The notes under the pieces: generated by a model
Told to the model about the DNA's origin: nothing
What the model saw: only the letters and a program-made list of their open reading frames with translations
The model's database searches: none
From: Promethearchaeota archaeon
GTDB taxonomy: Archaea; Asgardarchaeota; Lokiarchaeia; Sigyniarchaeales; SOKP01
Reading direction: 5' to 3'
Length of the DNA: 64,000 nt
Assembly: GCA_011364925.1 (NCBI GenBank)
Contig: RDOA01000008.1
Coordinates: 40,744-104,743, forward strand
Shown here: positions 1 to 9,650 of the stretch, in pieces
Position numbering within the stretch: the stretch's first letter is position 1
Layout of the letters: every line of letters begins with the position of its first letter
Position numbers and translations under genes: made by a program

Positions 1-1
1 T

Positions 2-361
2 TACGATCAAGAATACAACTGAAGTTAGGCTAATTAAAGATCCAATTCTGGCTATTAAATACTGTTTTTTATCTTTTTTAAAATACGATGAGAATATTAG
101 AGCGAAGGGTATAAAGGAAAAGCTTAGAATTAATGCTGTAATTGTAAAAATTGTAAATGATACGAAATTTGGAGCCCCAGATAGTGCAAATACGCGCCCT
201 AAATCGCTAAAGAAGTTTCCCCAGAAATAATATCCTGGACTTAAAGGATTTACCAAAGTGCCTCCCGCGTAAAAAAACATCGCTATCGCCGTAAAAACTA
301 TATATTGTGTGGGTCCAAAAATTATAGATACCGACGCAAATAGTTTCCAATTTTTAATCAT
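2..361 (-). CDS. Membrane protein, DUF998-like (partial; C-terminus runs off window start)
   Basis: Manual translation from ATG at 361: MIKNWKLFASVSIIFGPTQYIVFTAIAMFFYAGGT...PGYYFWGNFFSDLGR; open to window edge; not in ORF track. Confidence 0.65.
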   Translation of the reverse strand, partial: MIKNWKLFASVSIIFGPTQYIVFTAIAMFFYAGGTLVNPLSPGYYFWGNFFSDLGRVFALSGAPNFVSFTIFTITALILSFSFIPFALIFSSYFKKDKKQYLIARIGSLISLTSVVFLIV

Positions 362-517
362 CTTCAATAAAACCACCATAAAGTTATTTGCATAATAATT
401 TTAAATTAATATTTTTAAAGCTCGAAAATAATACATCGTGCTATAACTATCCTTAGAATTAAAAAAATCAAAAAAAAGGTTAAAATCAACTCTAACTCAT
501 GTCGTTAAATCCGTATC

Positions 518-1336
518 CTACGCGTATTTAGGTTTTGAAATGAAACCTATAAATATGAGTAAATTGACGCCAATATCGATTAATTCAGCAATAATTCCAA
601 AAGATAGGTTTGCGTTAATTAAGATCGTTCGGACTAAATTTGAGATCAGAAAACATATAAACGCTAATCCAATAATTAATCCATGTGCTTGGGTAAGCCG
701 TTTGTTTTTATACATAAACAAAAACATGAACGCAATCGCAATATAGCTTAAAATCGTGATGAATGGAAACACGAGGTTAAGAAAGTTTAATGTGGGCGCT
801 AATACGATAATCAAAGCTGTTACTATAACAAACCCAAGCATAATCCTCAATCTTAGCTTGCTAAACTGCTTCTTATTCATCTCTTTATCCTTATTCATGT
901 TAATGTAGACAAGAACTGCTTCTAAACCGATATATAATATCGGAATTAAGTTTACGATGATTACGAAAAACCTGATTTTTGTTAAAAGCAAAACAAATTC
1001 AGTACTAAAGGTTCCAGATATAATTACTAAATTGTAAAAGATATCATAGACTTTTGCGCAAGTAAGTATTCCAAAAAAGGCTCCGAATAAAAAATAAGCA
1101 TCTGATAGATATATTGCTTCTTGCTTAAACCATTTTCGAAAAAGAACGAACGACAATACTCCTAATATCAAGATTCTCACGAGTATTGCCACTAAGCCTA
1201 TCCACAGACCTTCAATGCCAAAAAACGCTGCAACTAAGCTAGACCAATACAAAGAGAACAATACGCTAAAGAAAATCATTAAAACAAGAATTAAGGCAAA
1301 AATGCTGCAAATAAATTTTTTTCGTTTACTCTCCAT
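518..1336 (-). CDS. Multi-pass membrane protein, unknown function
   Basis: 272 aa, about 7-8 hydrophobic segments. Confidence 0.75.
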   Translation of the reverse strand: MESKRKKFICSIFALILVLMIFFSVLFSLYWSSLVAAFFGIEGLWIGLVAILVRILILGVLSFVLFRKWFKQEAIYLSDAYFLFGAFFGILTCAKVYDIFYNLVIISGTFSTEFVLLLTKIRFFVIIVNLIPILYIGLEAVLVYINMNKDKEMNKKQFSKLRLRIMLGFVIVTALIIVLAPTLNFLNLVFPFITILSYIAIAFMFLFMYKNKRLTQAHGLIIGLAFICFLISNLVRTILINANLSFGIIAELIDIGVNLLIFIGFISKPKYA

Positions 1337-1540
1337 TATTAAAAACCTTTTAACAACGATTATGTGTCTATTTTTTTTTCTAAAATATTTTAACTATTCT
1401 AAACATAATTTTGTAAATAGCTTTTAAAAACCCGAATTTTTTTCCATTGGCTTAATTTTAAGAAGATGAATTTCTATTATTTAAGAAAGAGTTTAGCTAA
1501 ACATAAGATTATTTAGGGAAATATCTGCGTAGAATAAGGG

Positions 1541-2920
1541 TTGGGTATGGTTTATTTTAAAATTAATGGATTAGGATATAACTGCGGTTATATCGAAAGT
1601 AAATGCCCAAAAGAAAAGACTTCTTGTATTGAATGCATTAAAGATCGTTTAAGAGATCTTGGATTTGAATTTGATTCGACAATAGAAATCTTTAAACTCG
1701 ATTCTATCGAAAAACAGTTAGAGTTAGAAAGAGATACCATTTGGCAAAAATTTTTGGATGTATTAAACATTAAGCACATTCTAATAATGGACAAGGAATC
1801 AGGATTAACCGTGATAAACTACACAGTATCAGGAGTAGATGTTGATGTAGAGCTTCTGAGTGGGTTTATACAAGCTAATATAACATTTTCTGAATCAGGA
1901 GAAGCGTCTAAGCAAAACCTCGTATCCTCTTACGAAAATCTTTTTTACGAATTCCAATATAAAAGTTTTAATATTCTGCTTAAAGATGGGAATCATGTTC
2001 GAATTTGCTTAATACTCGACCATAAGGCGTCTAATAAACTTCGAAATCACACATTTCGATTTGTAGAGGAATTTGAAGAGAAATTTGAAGAGGAACTTAT
2101 TACTTTACGAAACACTGGTTCTATTAATTTCAATAACATGATAGATGATATTGTGGATAGTTTTAACATAAATCTTACATTTCCAATGACTTTAGTACAC
2201 TCAATTCCGCCATATGAGTTAGAAAAAGTAAAAAGAAGCATACTGCAGAAAGCGATATTTAATTTAGCAAAAGAAATGCTTGCGGTAAAACCGTTCTTCT
2301 TTATATACAACATGCTACAGCGTATTAAGAAAATTGTAAATATCGATGATGAAGTTATCCTCTTTGAGATTCACCAACTCTTAGAAAGACAAATCATTAC
2401 TCCAACACCTATAGAAGCGATTGCAGATACCATAGAATCTGGTCAGTTGGCTGATAAGAAGAAAGAAACTAAAACTAGTTCAATATCATCTATTATTATA
2501 AGTAAAACGGATACTGATGAACTAAAAAGCAAATTAGACACAATGGACAAATTTTCAGCACAGAAGTTAATTAAGGAATTGATGCGAAAAGCTAAAGCAG
2601 CAGAAAAAGAATCAACTTATCAAGTAACTCTTAACGAATACAATAAAGCTTTATTTATAGCTAAGGACTTTAAACTCAAAGATGAGATTAGCAAGATTAA
2701 CCAAAAAATCTTTAATTTAGAGCACAAATCTAAAAATATAGAATTAGACTTTAATATTGAAAAAGCAGAAAATGCTGAAAAATATGGCGATTTTATCAAC
2801 AGCATCAATTATTATCAAAAAGCTTTAGAAATCCTTGACGAATTCATAGTTTATAATATTATCGACCCTAGAATAAAGAAGTTTAAGAAAAAAATCGCAC
2901 AACTTCGAGAAGAGATCTGA
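1541..2920 (+). CDS. Longin-like domain protein with N-terminal Cys cluster and C-terminal TPR/MIT-like helices
   Basis: HILIMDKESGLTVINY...ELLSGFIQANITFS longin-like pattern; four Cys near N-terminus; helical repeats (AEKYGDFINSINYYQKAL). Confidence 0.65.
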   Translation: MGMVYFKINGLGYNCGYIESKCPKEKTSCIECIKDRLRDLGFEFDSTIEIFKLDSIEKQLELERDTIWQKFLDVLNIKHILIMDKESGLTVINYTVSGVDVDVELLSGFIQANITFSESGEASKQNLVSSYENLFYEFQYKSFNILLKDGNHVRICLILDHKASNKLRNHTFRFVEEFEEKFEEELITLRNTGSINFNNMIDDIVDSFNINLTFPMTLVHSIPPYELEKVKRSILQKAIFNLAKEMLAVKPFFFIYNMLQRIKKIVNIDDEVILFEIHQLLERQIITPTPIEAIADTIESGQLADKKKETKTSSISSIIISKTDTDELKSKLDTMDKFSAQKLIKELMRKAKAAEKESTYQVTLNEYNKALFIAKDFKLKDEISKINQKIFNLEHKSKNIELDFNIEKAENAEKYGDFINSINYYQKALEILDEFIVYNIIDPRIKKFKKKIAQLREEI

Positions 2921-3052
2921 TCTTCATTTATAGATACTGCTGTAGAATCAAACATGCTTTTATTAACCTAAAACCTTTTTTACGTGTTAATATTACACAA
3001 TTTAACTGAAACAGAACTGTTTGAATTTTAATATAAATAATTTGCACTCATT

Positions 3053-3559
3053 ATGGAAACAGTAAAAATCATCGTTTCTGGAGATGGCGGAGTAGGAAAA
3101 ACGTCATTTTTGAATCGTTTAGTCAATAATAGTTTTGACGATTTTAGTGAATTAACAAAAGGCGTCGATTTTTACTCAAAAAGGATATTTGTTAATGGAA
3201 CCGAATTTAATTTCATAATGTGGGATTTTGCTGGCCAAGATCGATTTAAAACATTGTTAAACGACTTTGTTGAAGGTTCACTTGCTGCTTTTATTCTTTT
3301 TGACTTATCAAGAATTAATACCATAGAAAATGTATATGAGTGGATAATTAATTTAGAATCATTCGGACAAATTCCTATAATATTAATAGGAACAAAGGTG
3401 GACTTGATAACCCCATATCAATCCCAAACAATTGATACTTACATCTCAGAAATTAAGAAAGAGTATGAGAATGTAATCTCTTATATAAAAATATCATCGA
3501 AGACTGGGGAAAATATAAAAAATGCTTTTGAAATTTTAATAGGAAATTTGTTTCGATAA
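3053..3559 (+). CDS. Small Rab/Ras-like GTPase
   Basis: GDGGVGKTS, GVDF, WDFAGQ, GTKVD, SSK motifs. Confidence 0.92.
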   Translation: METVKIIVSGDGGVGKTSFLNRLVNNSFDDFSELTKGVDFYSKRIFVNGTEFNFIMWDFAGQDRFKTLLNDFVEGSLAAFILFDLSRINTIENVYEWIINLESFGQIPIILIGTKVDLITPYQSQTIDTYISEIKKEYENVISYIKISSKTGENIKNAFEILIGNLFR

Positions 3560-3584
3560 ATAATTCTCCATATAGATGGAATAG

Positions 3585-4619
3585 TTACACTTTTTCAACC
3601 CATCCAAATTCATCCTTTATGTCTAAACGTTGAATTCCCACGAGAAGCTCATATAATTTACGCGTAAATTCCCCCGGTTCCCCTTCACTAAAAATCCTTT
3701 TTTTATCGTCTACCGCAACAGATTTAATCGGAGTGATAACAGCCGCTGTACCTGAGCAGAAAGTTTCGGTACAAGAATCTTCAAATAATTCTTTATATGA
3801 AATGTCCCTTTCTTCAGTGTTCATACCAATTTTCTTTGAAGCTAGCTCTAGTATTGATTTTCGAGTAATACCAGGTAAAATCGTTCCTGCAGCTTTGGGT
3901 GTAGTAAGAACCCCATTAATCACAGCAAAAAAATTGGCAGTTCCTACCTCGTCGATGAACTCCATATGGACGGCGTCTAGGAATATTACTTGGGCAAACC
4001 CCTTTTCCTTCGTTTCTTTTGCGGGTAACATTGACCCCGCGTAATTACAACACGTTTTAGATGCTCCTGTTCCCCCAGGAGCGGCTCTGGTGTATTTTTT
4101 AGTGATTTCTAAATCTATACCCTTAAAGCCTTCTGGAAAATAAGGTCCTACAGGAACTGTAAAAATTATTAATTTATATTCTTTAGCGGGTTTAACTCCA
4201 ACTATAGGTCCCGTTCCTATCATCAGAGGGCGAATATAGAGTGCTCCACCACTATCGTAAGGAGGTATAAAATCCGTGTTTGCTTTTACTACTTCTTTTA
4301 CAGCAGAAACAAAATCGTCCGTATTATAATTCGGCATTAATAATCGGTCAGCACTGTCGTTAAACCTTTTTGCGTTTTCAATAGGTCTAAAAAGCACTAT
4401 CTCACCATTTTTCGTCTTTAAAGCCTTCATCCCTTCAAAAATTCCCTGTCCATAGTTCAAAATGCAAGCAGCGGGAGATATTTCAAAATTTCCGAAAGGA
4501 ACTAATCTTCCTTTATCCCATTTACCATCCTTATAATCTGAAACAAACATTTCTTTGGTTTTAATAAAGTCGAACCCTAAAGAATAATAGTCAATATCAT
4601 TAGCATCCATAAATATCAA
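3585..4619 (-). CDS. ilvE: Branched-chain amino acid aminotransferase
   Basis: LNYGQGIFEGMKA, LYIRP, KTCCNYA, ILPGITRKS, GTAAVITP. Confidence 0.95.
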   Translation of the reverse strand: MIFMDANDIDYYSLGFDFIKTKEMFVSDYKDGKWDKGRLVPFGNFEISPAACILNYGQGIFEGMKALKTKNGEIVLFRPIENAKRFNDSADRLLMPNYNTDDFVSAVKEVVKANTDFIPPYDSGGALYIRPLMIGTGPIVGVKPAKEYKLIIFTVPVGPYFPEGFKGIDLEITKKYTRAAPGGTGASKTCCNYAGSMLPAKETKEKGFAQVIFLDAVHMEFIDEVGTANFFAVINGVLTTPKAAGTILPGITRKSILELASKKIGMNTEERDISYKELFEDSCTETFCSGTAAVITPIKSVAVDDKKRIFSEGEPGEFTRKLYELLVGIQRLDIKDEFGWVEKV

Positions 4620-4809
4620 ATCAATGTTTTATTTATCAGATTTATTTAATGAAGAGTTCACTAAAAAACCTTATTGATAATACTAAGGGTATTTTCAAAC
4701 GAATATTAATTATAGGTTATCAGAAAAATCAATAAAGATAAATAAAAAAAATTTGATTTATAAATTAATTTTAAATTTGCCTTTTAAACGAAATTAACGC
4801 CTAAGAATT

Positions 4810-5754
4810 ATGGCTGTAATACCCCGCAAATCTAACGAGTTTAAACTGGTTATTGCAGGATTGGATAACGCTGGTAAAACGAGCGCTCTAATAGCGTTAA
4901 GACAAAAATATAATTTTTACGAGCGAGTCAAGAATTTAAAACCAACGATAAAAATTGATTATAGCTCCTTTAAATTTCTTAATAAATACCGAATTAATCT
5001 CTGGGATATGGGAGGACAAAAAAAATTCAGAAAGATCTATATTAATAATCCGATTTATTTTGAAGACACAGATTACATTTATTATCTTATAGACATTCAA
5101 GATGAAGTCAAATTTGAGGAAGCTATTGAATATCTCCACGAATTACTTAAAATCTTTAGGAATCTGGCTTATCCTAACGAAGTAATAGTCTGTTTTAACA
5201 AGTACGATCCCCAATTCAGAAATAACGAGGAATTTAGAGATCGAACAGATATGATTAAAAATTTGGTCAAATCACAAAACAAAGATATTAAATTTGAATT
5301 TTATAACACATCATATTACGACATTTCATCGATTTCGAAAGCATTGTCTCGCTCGTTAAATAGTTTGTTAAATTTAAATGAAATAGATAACGGTTTAAAT
5401 AATTTAGTAAGTAACTTTAATTGTAGATATGCAATATTATACACAGATTCAGGAATCATTATTTCTGATCATTATTTAGACACTATGGACATAAGAGAGT
5501 TTGAAGATAAAATAAGCCATAAAATTAGCGGGGATCTTGAATTCTTTCAGATGTTAAAGGATGAAAATGTTAATATCGACGATAGAATCACATTTTCCCA
5601 TGATAAAACTGACTATGTTAAAAAATTTTCAATCCTATCAGAGAATATGGACAATACTCTGTATATTGGGGTAAGTACGACAGTTAATAGTATTAATGAG
5701 GTTAAAATCGAATTAGAAAAACTAAGTAATGTCTTACAAACAAGTTTTGTATAA
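4810..5754 (+). CDS. Arf/Rag-like small GTPase with C-terminal roadblock-like domain
   Basis: GLDNAGKTS, WDMGGQ, NKYD, NTSYYD; C-terminal YAILYTDSGIIISD roadblock-like segment. Confidence 0.8.
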   Translation: MAVIPRKSNEFKLVIAGLDNAGKTSALIALRQKYNFYERVKNLKPTIKIDYSSFKFLNKYRINLWDMGGQKKFRKIYINNPIYFEDTDYIYYLIDIQDEVKFEEAIEYLHELLKIFRNLAYPNEVIVCFNKYDPQFRNNEEFRDRTDMIKNLVKSQNKDIKFEFYNTSYYDISSISKALSRSLNSLLNLNEIDNGLNNLVSNFNCRYAILYTDSGIIISDHYLDTMDIREFEDKISHKISGDLEFFQMLKDENVNIDDRITFSHDKTDYVKKFSILSENMDNTLYIGVSTTVNSINEVKIELEKLSNVLQTSFV

Positions 5755-5871
5755 ACATAATGGAAACCAGATGTACTATTATTTAATTCGATTTTGACCC
5801 ATTTGACCTTTTTTCTATTAAGTCTCACACTCAATCAAAAGCTTTTTCTTGAGTATAGGTTTTCTTCATTT

Positions 5872-6753
5872 ATGGCTCTTCAAAAAATGACTGCCAAAAA
5901 AATCATCGAGAAAAAGAGAAAAGGAGAAAAAATCGTAACCATTACTTCTTATGACTATTCGTTTGCTAAAATTGTCGACGATTGTGGGATTGACTTAATT
6001 CTCGTAGGTGACTCCCTTTCCATGGTTGTTCTTGGATACAAAAATACATTAGCAGTGACCATGGACGAAATGATTCACCACACTAAAGCAGTGACAAGAG
6101 GCGTTTCAAATGCGATGGTAGTTGGAGATATGCCCTTTTTGTCCTATAAAATTGGAGTCAAAAAAGCAGTCCAAAACGCGGGAAGATTTATTCAAGAAGG
6201 AGGAGCAGAAGCGGTAAAAGTTGAGGGTGGAGCTAAAATCTGTCCGACTATAAAAGCAATGATAGATGCAGATATACAAGTAATGGGCCATATTGGTCTA
6301 ACTCCTCAAGCAATATATGAATTTGGAGGTTTCTTAGTACAAGGAAAGACCATCGAAGGAGCGAAAACTTTAATTATTGATGCTAAGAAGTTGGAAAAAA
6401 CGGGAGTGTTTTCAATAGTACTTGAGAGTATACCGTGGCAAATTGCAAAATTAATAACTCAATCGGTAGATATTCCTACCATTGGTATAGGGGCTGGTTC
6501 GTATTGTGATGGACAAATATTAGTTATTAACGATATGTTGGGGCTTTTTACAGACTTCAAACCAAAATTTCTAAAATATTTTGGAGATATTGGTAATTCC
6601 GTCAAAATGGCCGTTAACGACTACCAAAACGAGGTAAAAAGTGGTCTCTATCCTGATATAGAACACTCCTATGAATTCCCAAAAGAAGATTTGAATGAGA
6701 TCGAAGAATGGTTTGAAAACACTGATCTCGAAAATGAAGTAGGCGAAAAGTAG
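5872..6753 (+). CDS. panB: 3-methyl-2-oxobutanoate hydroxymethyltransferase (ATG at 5872 preferred over TTG at 5794)
   Basis: [37 protein letters not shown]. Confidence 0.96.
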   Translation: MALQKMTAKKIIEKKRKGEKIVTITSYDYSFAKIVDDCGIDLILVGDSLSMVVLGYKNTLAVTMDEMIHHTKAVTRGVSNAMVVGDMPFLSYKIGVKKAVQNAGRFIQEGGAEAVKVEGGAKICPTIKAMIDADIQVMGHIGLTPQAIYEFGGFLVQGKTIEGAKTLIIDAKKLEKTGVFSIVLESIPWQIAKLITQSVDIPTIGIGAGSYCDGQILVINDMLGLFTDFKPKFLKYFGDIGNSVKMAVNDYQNEVKSGLYPDIEHSYEFPKEDLNEIEEWFENTDLENEVGEK

Positions 6754-6977
6754 GGTAAATTAATCGTAAGAATCTAACAATATAGGAGTATAGTAAATAG
6801 TAAATTATTTCAATTTTGTTTGTTATCACCAAACGCATGAGATGTATCTAGAGAATAAGATTTTAATTATCCAAAAGTATAATTAAATAAATTTTTATTA
6901 ATAATTATAACATAAGAACTTTGTTTGAAGATTTATTTAGCAAATTAAAGATCGAATAAATTAACGGAAGATTTAAA

Positions 6978-8720
6978 ATGGCCGAAGAATACGATTTTTT
7001 GTTTAAATCGATTGTGGTAGGTGATGGCGGAGTTGGTAAAACAGCACTTACGCTCCGTTTCTCAAAAGGTTTTTTCACTGAAGATTACAAAATGACAATC
7101 GGTGTTGATTTCCACGTAAAGACAATTTCAATTGATACATCTGAAGGGCCTATCAAGTGTAAGCTCCAACTCTGGGATACTGGGGGTCAAGAACGATTTA
7201 GCTCGATAAGACCAATGTACTATAGAGGATCGTTAGGAACTGTACTCGTTTTTGATCTCACAAATTCAGAAAGTTTTGGACATTTACCACAATGGATACA
7301 AGAAGTCAGAGCTAACATAAAAGCTGATATTCCGGTGCTTCTTGTCGGAAATAAAAGCGATCTAGTTGACCAGAGAGCCGTCTCGGCGGAGGATGTAAGT
7401 AAATTTACAAGAGACTTTAACCTATATTATATGGAAACTTCGGCTAAAACGGGTGATGGAGTTGGAGATTGTTTTTACATTCTTGCATGCTTAATGATAG
7501 GACAGGGTGTTCCTGAACAATTAATTGCAAACTCAATCGTTTTTGCTCCAGGACAATTTGCTACACCAGCCGTTCAAATTTCTTCGCAACCAATAGTTAC
7601 TAAGGAACCTCAAAGCAATTATATCGCACCATCTGTTCCAGGACATATCCAAAACTTGAAAGAGGAGCCTGAAATAGAGTTTGAGGCACCACCAGTTCCT
7701 GAACCGAAGTTATCAAAAGTTCGAGGTCCAACGTCTCCTTTCATTTCCGATTCAGAGATTGAATTTGAGGCTCCACCTGTTCCTGAACCACCACTAAAAG
7801 CGAAACCGCAACCTACTCCCGAAATCTCTCTACCTGAACCAACTGAAATAGAGTTTAAAACTCCTGATGAAATTATGATCAAAGAAGCTATAAAATCCGA
7901 ACTTGATACATTAACAAGCGGTGACAATGTCTATAAACCTAAGACTGCACCTTTTACACCCAATGCTCCAGAACCTACAGCACCTCCTAAAGAATTTCAG
8001 AGTTCTTATTCAGAAGAACCAATCGAGAGATCTCCTATCCACACACCATTTCGCGTTATTAAAAGAGAAGAGTCTCCTAAACCTCAACCAGCTTCAATGA
8101 CGTTTGAACCTAGCCCTTCACCTCAACCAGAATCAACTGAATCTTTAGAATCAACCTCTGATTCGTTGATCGACTATATGCCTCAAACAATTTTAACGAA
8201 AAAAGAGAAGAAAAAGCAAGCAAAGGAAAAGAAAAAACAAGAAAAAGAGAAAGCAAAAATAGAAAAAGAGAAGAAAATGCTCGAAGAAAGGGAGAAACAA
8301 GAAGAATTGATCAAAGAAATGAAAAAATCTAAAAAATCTAAAAAGGAAAAACCCATCGTAACCCAAACATCAGAACCAACGCAAGCACCTACTATAAGTC
8401 GACCAGAAACTGGTATGAATTCCTTATTCCAAACCCTCACCCAAAAATCTGAAGTCTCCCCACCAGATCAGAGTGTCCCATTTATACCTTTTTCGGGAAC
8501 AAGCAAAACTAAAGAAGAAGGGACATCTAAATTAAGAATCATCCCAAATGTAGCAGACATTGATGCAAACTCTAACGGTTTCACAGCTTTTACTTCGTCT
8601 CAATCCAATCCAGATGAAGAACCAAAAGCTAAAACTAAAGATCTCTTAATTTGCGAGCAGTGTGGTTCAATCTTATCTGCTGATTATGCATATTGTAACA
8701 AATGTGGTAATAAGTTATAG
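6978..8720 (+). CDS. Rab-like GTPase with long Pro-rich/charged extension and C-terminal zinc ribbon
   Basis: GDGGVGKT, IGVDF, KLQLWDTGGQERF, YYRG, GNKSD, ETSAK; C-terminal CEQC...CNKC. Confidence 0.9.
   Translation: MAEEYDFLFKSIVVGDGGVGKTALTLRFSKGFFTEDYKMTIGVDFHVKTISIDTSEGPIKCKLQLWDTGGQERFSSIRPMYYRGSLGTVLVFDLTNSESFGHLPQWIQEVRANIKADIPVLLVGNKSDLVDQRAVSAEDVSKFTRDFNLYYMETSAKTGDGVGDCFYILACLMIGQGVPEQLIANSIVFAPGQFATPAVQISSQPIVTKEPQSNYIAPSVPGHIQNLKEEPEIEFEAPPVPEPKLSKVRGPTSPFISDSEIEFEAPPVPEPPLKAKPQPTPEISLPEPTEIEFKTPDEIMIKEAIKSELDTLTSGDNVYKPKTAPFTPNAPEPTAPPKEFQSSYSEEPIERSPIHTPFRVIKREESPKPQPASMTFEPSPSPQPESTESLESTSDSLIDYMPQTILTKKEKKKQAKEKKKQEKEKAKIEKEKKMLEEREKQEELIKEMKKSKKSKKEKPIVTQTSEPTQAPTISRPETGMNSLFQTLTQKSEVSPPDQSVPFIPFSGTSKTKEEGTSKLRIIPNVADIDANSNGFTAFTSSQSNPDEEPKAKTKDLLICEQCGSILSADYAYCNKCGNKL
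7671..7790 (+). repeat. Intragenic repeat encoding EIEFEAPPVPEP twice (third partial EIEFKTP near 7845)
   Basis: 7671-7706 and 7755-7790 encode the identical 12-aa peptide with synonymous differences. Confidence 0.85.
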
Positions 8721-8756
8721 TTTATACGAATCCTTTATTCCTTTTTTATTATCTTC

Positions 8757-9539
8757 CTAAAGATTTTTACCACAAATGGGACAAGTACTCCATATTTTCT
8801 TAATCTTTGAATTACAATAAGGACAAGTTTTTAAATCTGGGTCTATTTGAGTTTGAAGTTTTCCAAAAATGGTTACATTATCTTCAGCACTATAACTTTT
8901 TGGCTGATGCGGTGGCTGAATCTCTCTACTATTTGTGTAAATTTGAGAAGATGTATCTATGGGTTCTTGCAGTTTTTCTTGAATTCTAAGATTTCGTTCT
9001 TGGTCTATAGTATCAGGTAGCTCTAACATTTCGTTGTATTCGCTTGAAACAGCAGCTCCTTGAGGAATTTGTTGGTTAACCTCAGATTCTTCGATAGGAA
9101 TACCGACTTCGTAATGAAAATATTTGCCCTCGTTATTTTCAATCACTGTTTCGCCATGAGCCAAAAGAACTTCAATATAATAGATAATTATAGAACCCAT
9201 TGGGACATCATTTATTTCGGCAATAAAATAATCCAATTCTTGTTCCATTCGCAAGCGATACCATGACTTTCCATGATCAGCACTAAAAATTAGAAGGACT
9301 CTTTCTAATGTGGTACTGAAATCTTCCTCTGTGATTTTAACAACAATTTTAATCGTTTTTTTTAAAATTTCTGTTTGTCCAACAGATTCCGCTGCCTTTG
9401 TAGAATCCCATGCAGCGCCACATTTAGGGCAGTTAGTAAACCAATTTGGGTATACAAATTGACAATTGGTGCAATTTTTCGTAAAATATCTAGTAGTTTT
9501 TATTCCAAGTGTTTTTTTTTTATCTTTTCCCATTATCAA
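8757..9539 (-). CDS. Protein with two zinc ribbons flanking a beta-sandwich (CBM/Ig-like) domain
   Basis: CTNC...CPKC at N-terminus, CPYC...CPIC at C-terminus; central IIYYIEV...IENNEGKYFHY. Confidence 0.65.
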   Translation of the reverse strand: MIMGKDKKKTLGIKTTRYFTKNCTNCQFVYPNWFTNCPKCGAAWDSTKAAESVGQTEILKKTIKIVVKITEEDFSTTLERVLLIFSADHGKSWYRLRMEQELDYFIAEINDVPMGSIIIYYIEVLLAHGETVIENNEGKYFHYEVGIPIEESEVNQQIPQGAAVSSEYNEMLELPDTIDQERNLRIQEKLQEPIDTSSQIYTNSREIQPPHQPKSYSAEDNVTIFGKLQTQIDPDLKTCPYCNSKIKKIWSTCPICGKNL

Positions 9540-9650
9540 TTCATATCTAAAGAGGAATTTTACCCTAATGAATTAGGTTAAATTATTAAATTACGATTCA
9601 ATTAATAAATATATTTCTGATAGCTATATTAAAAGTCTAACTTCTTCTTA

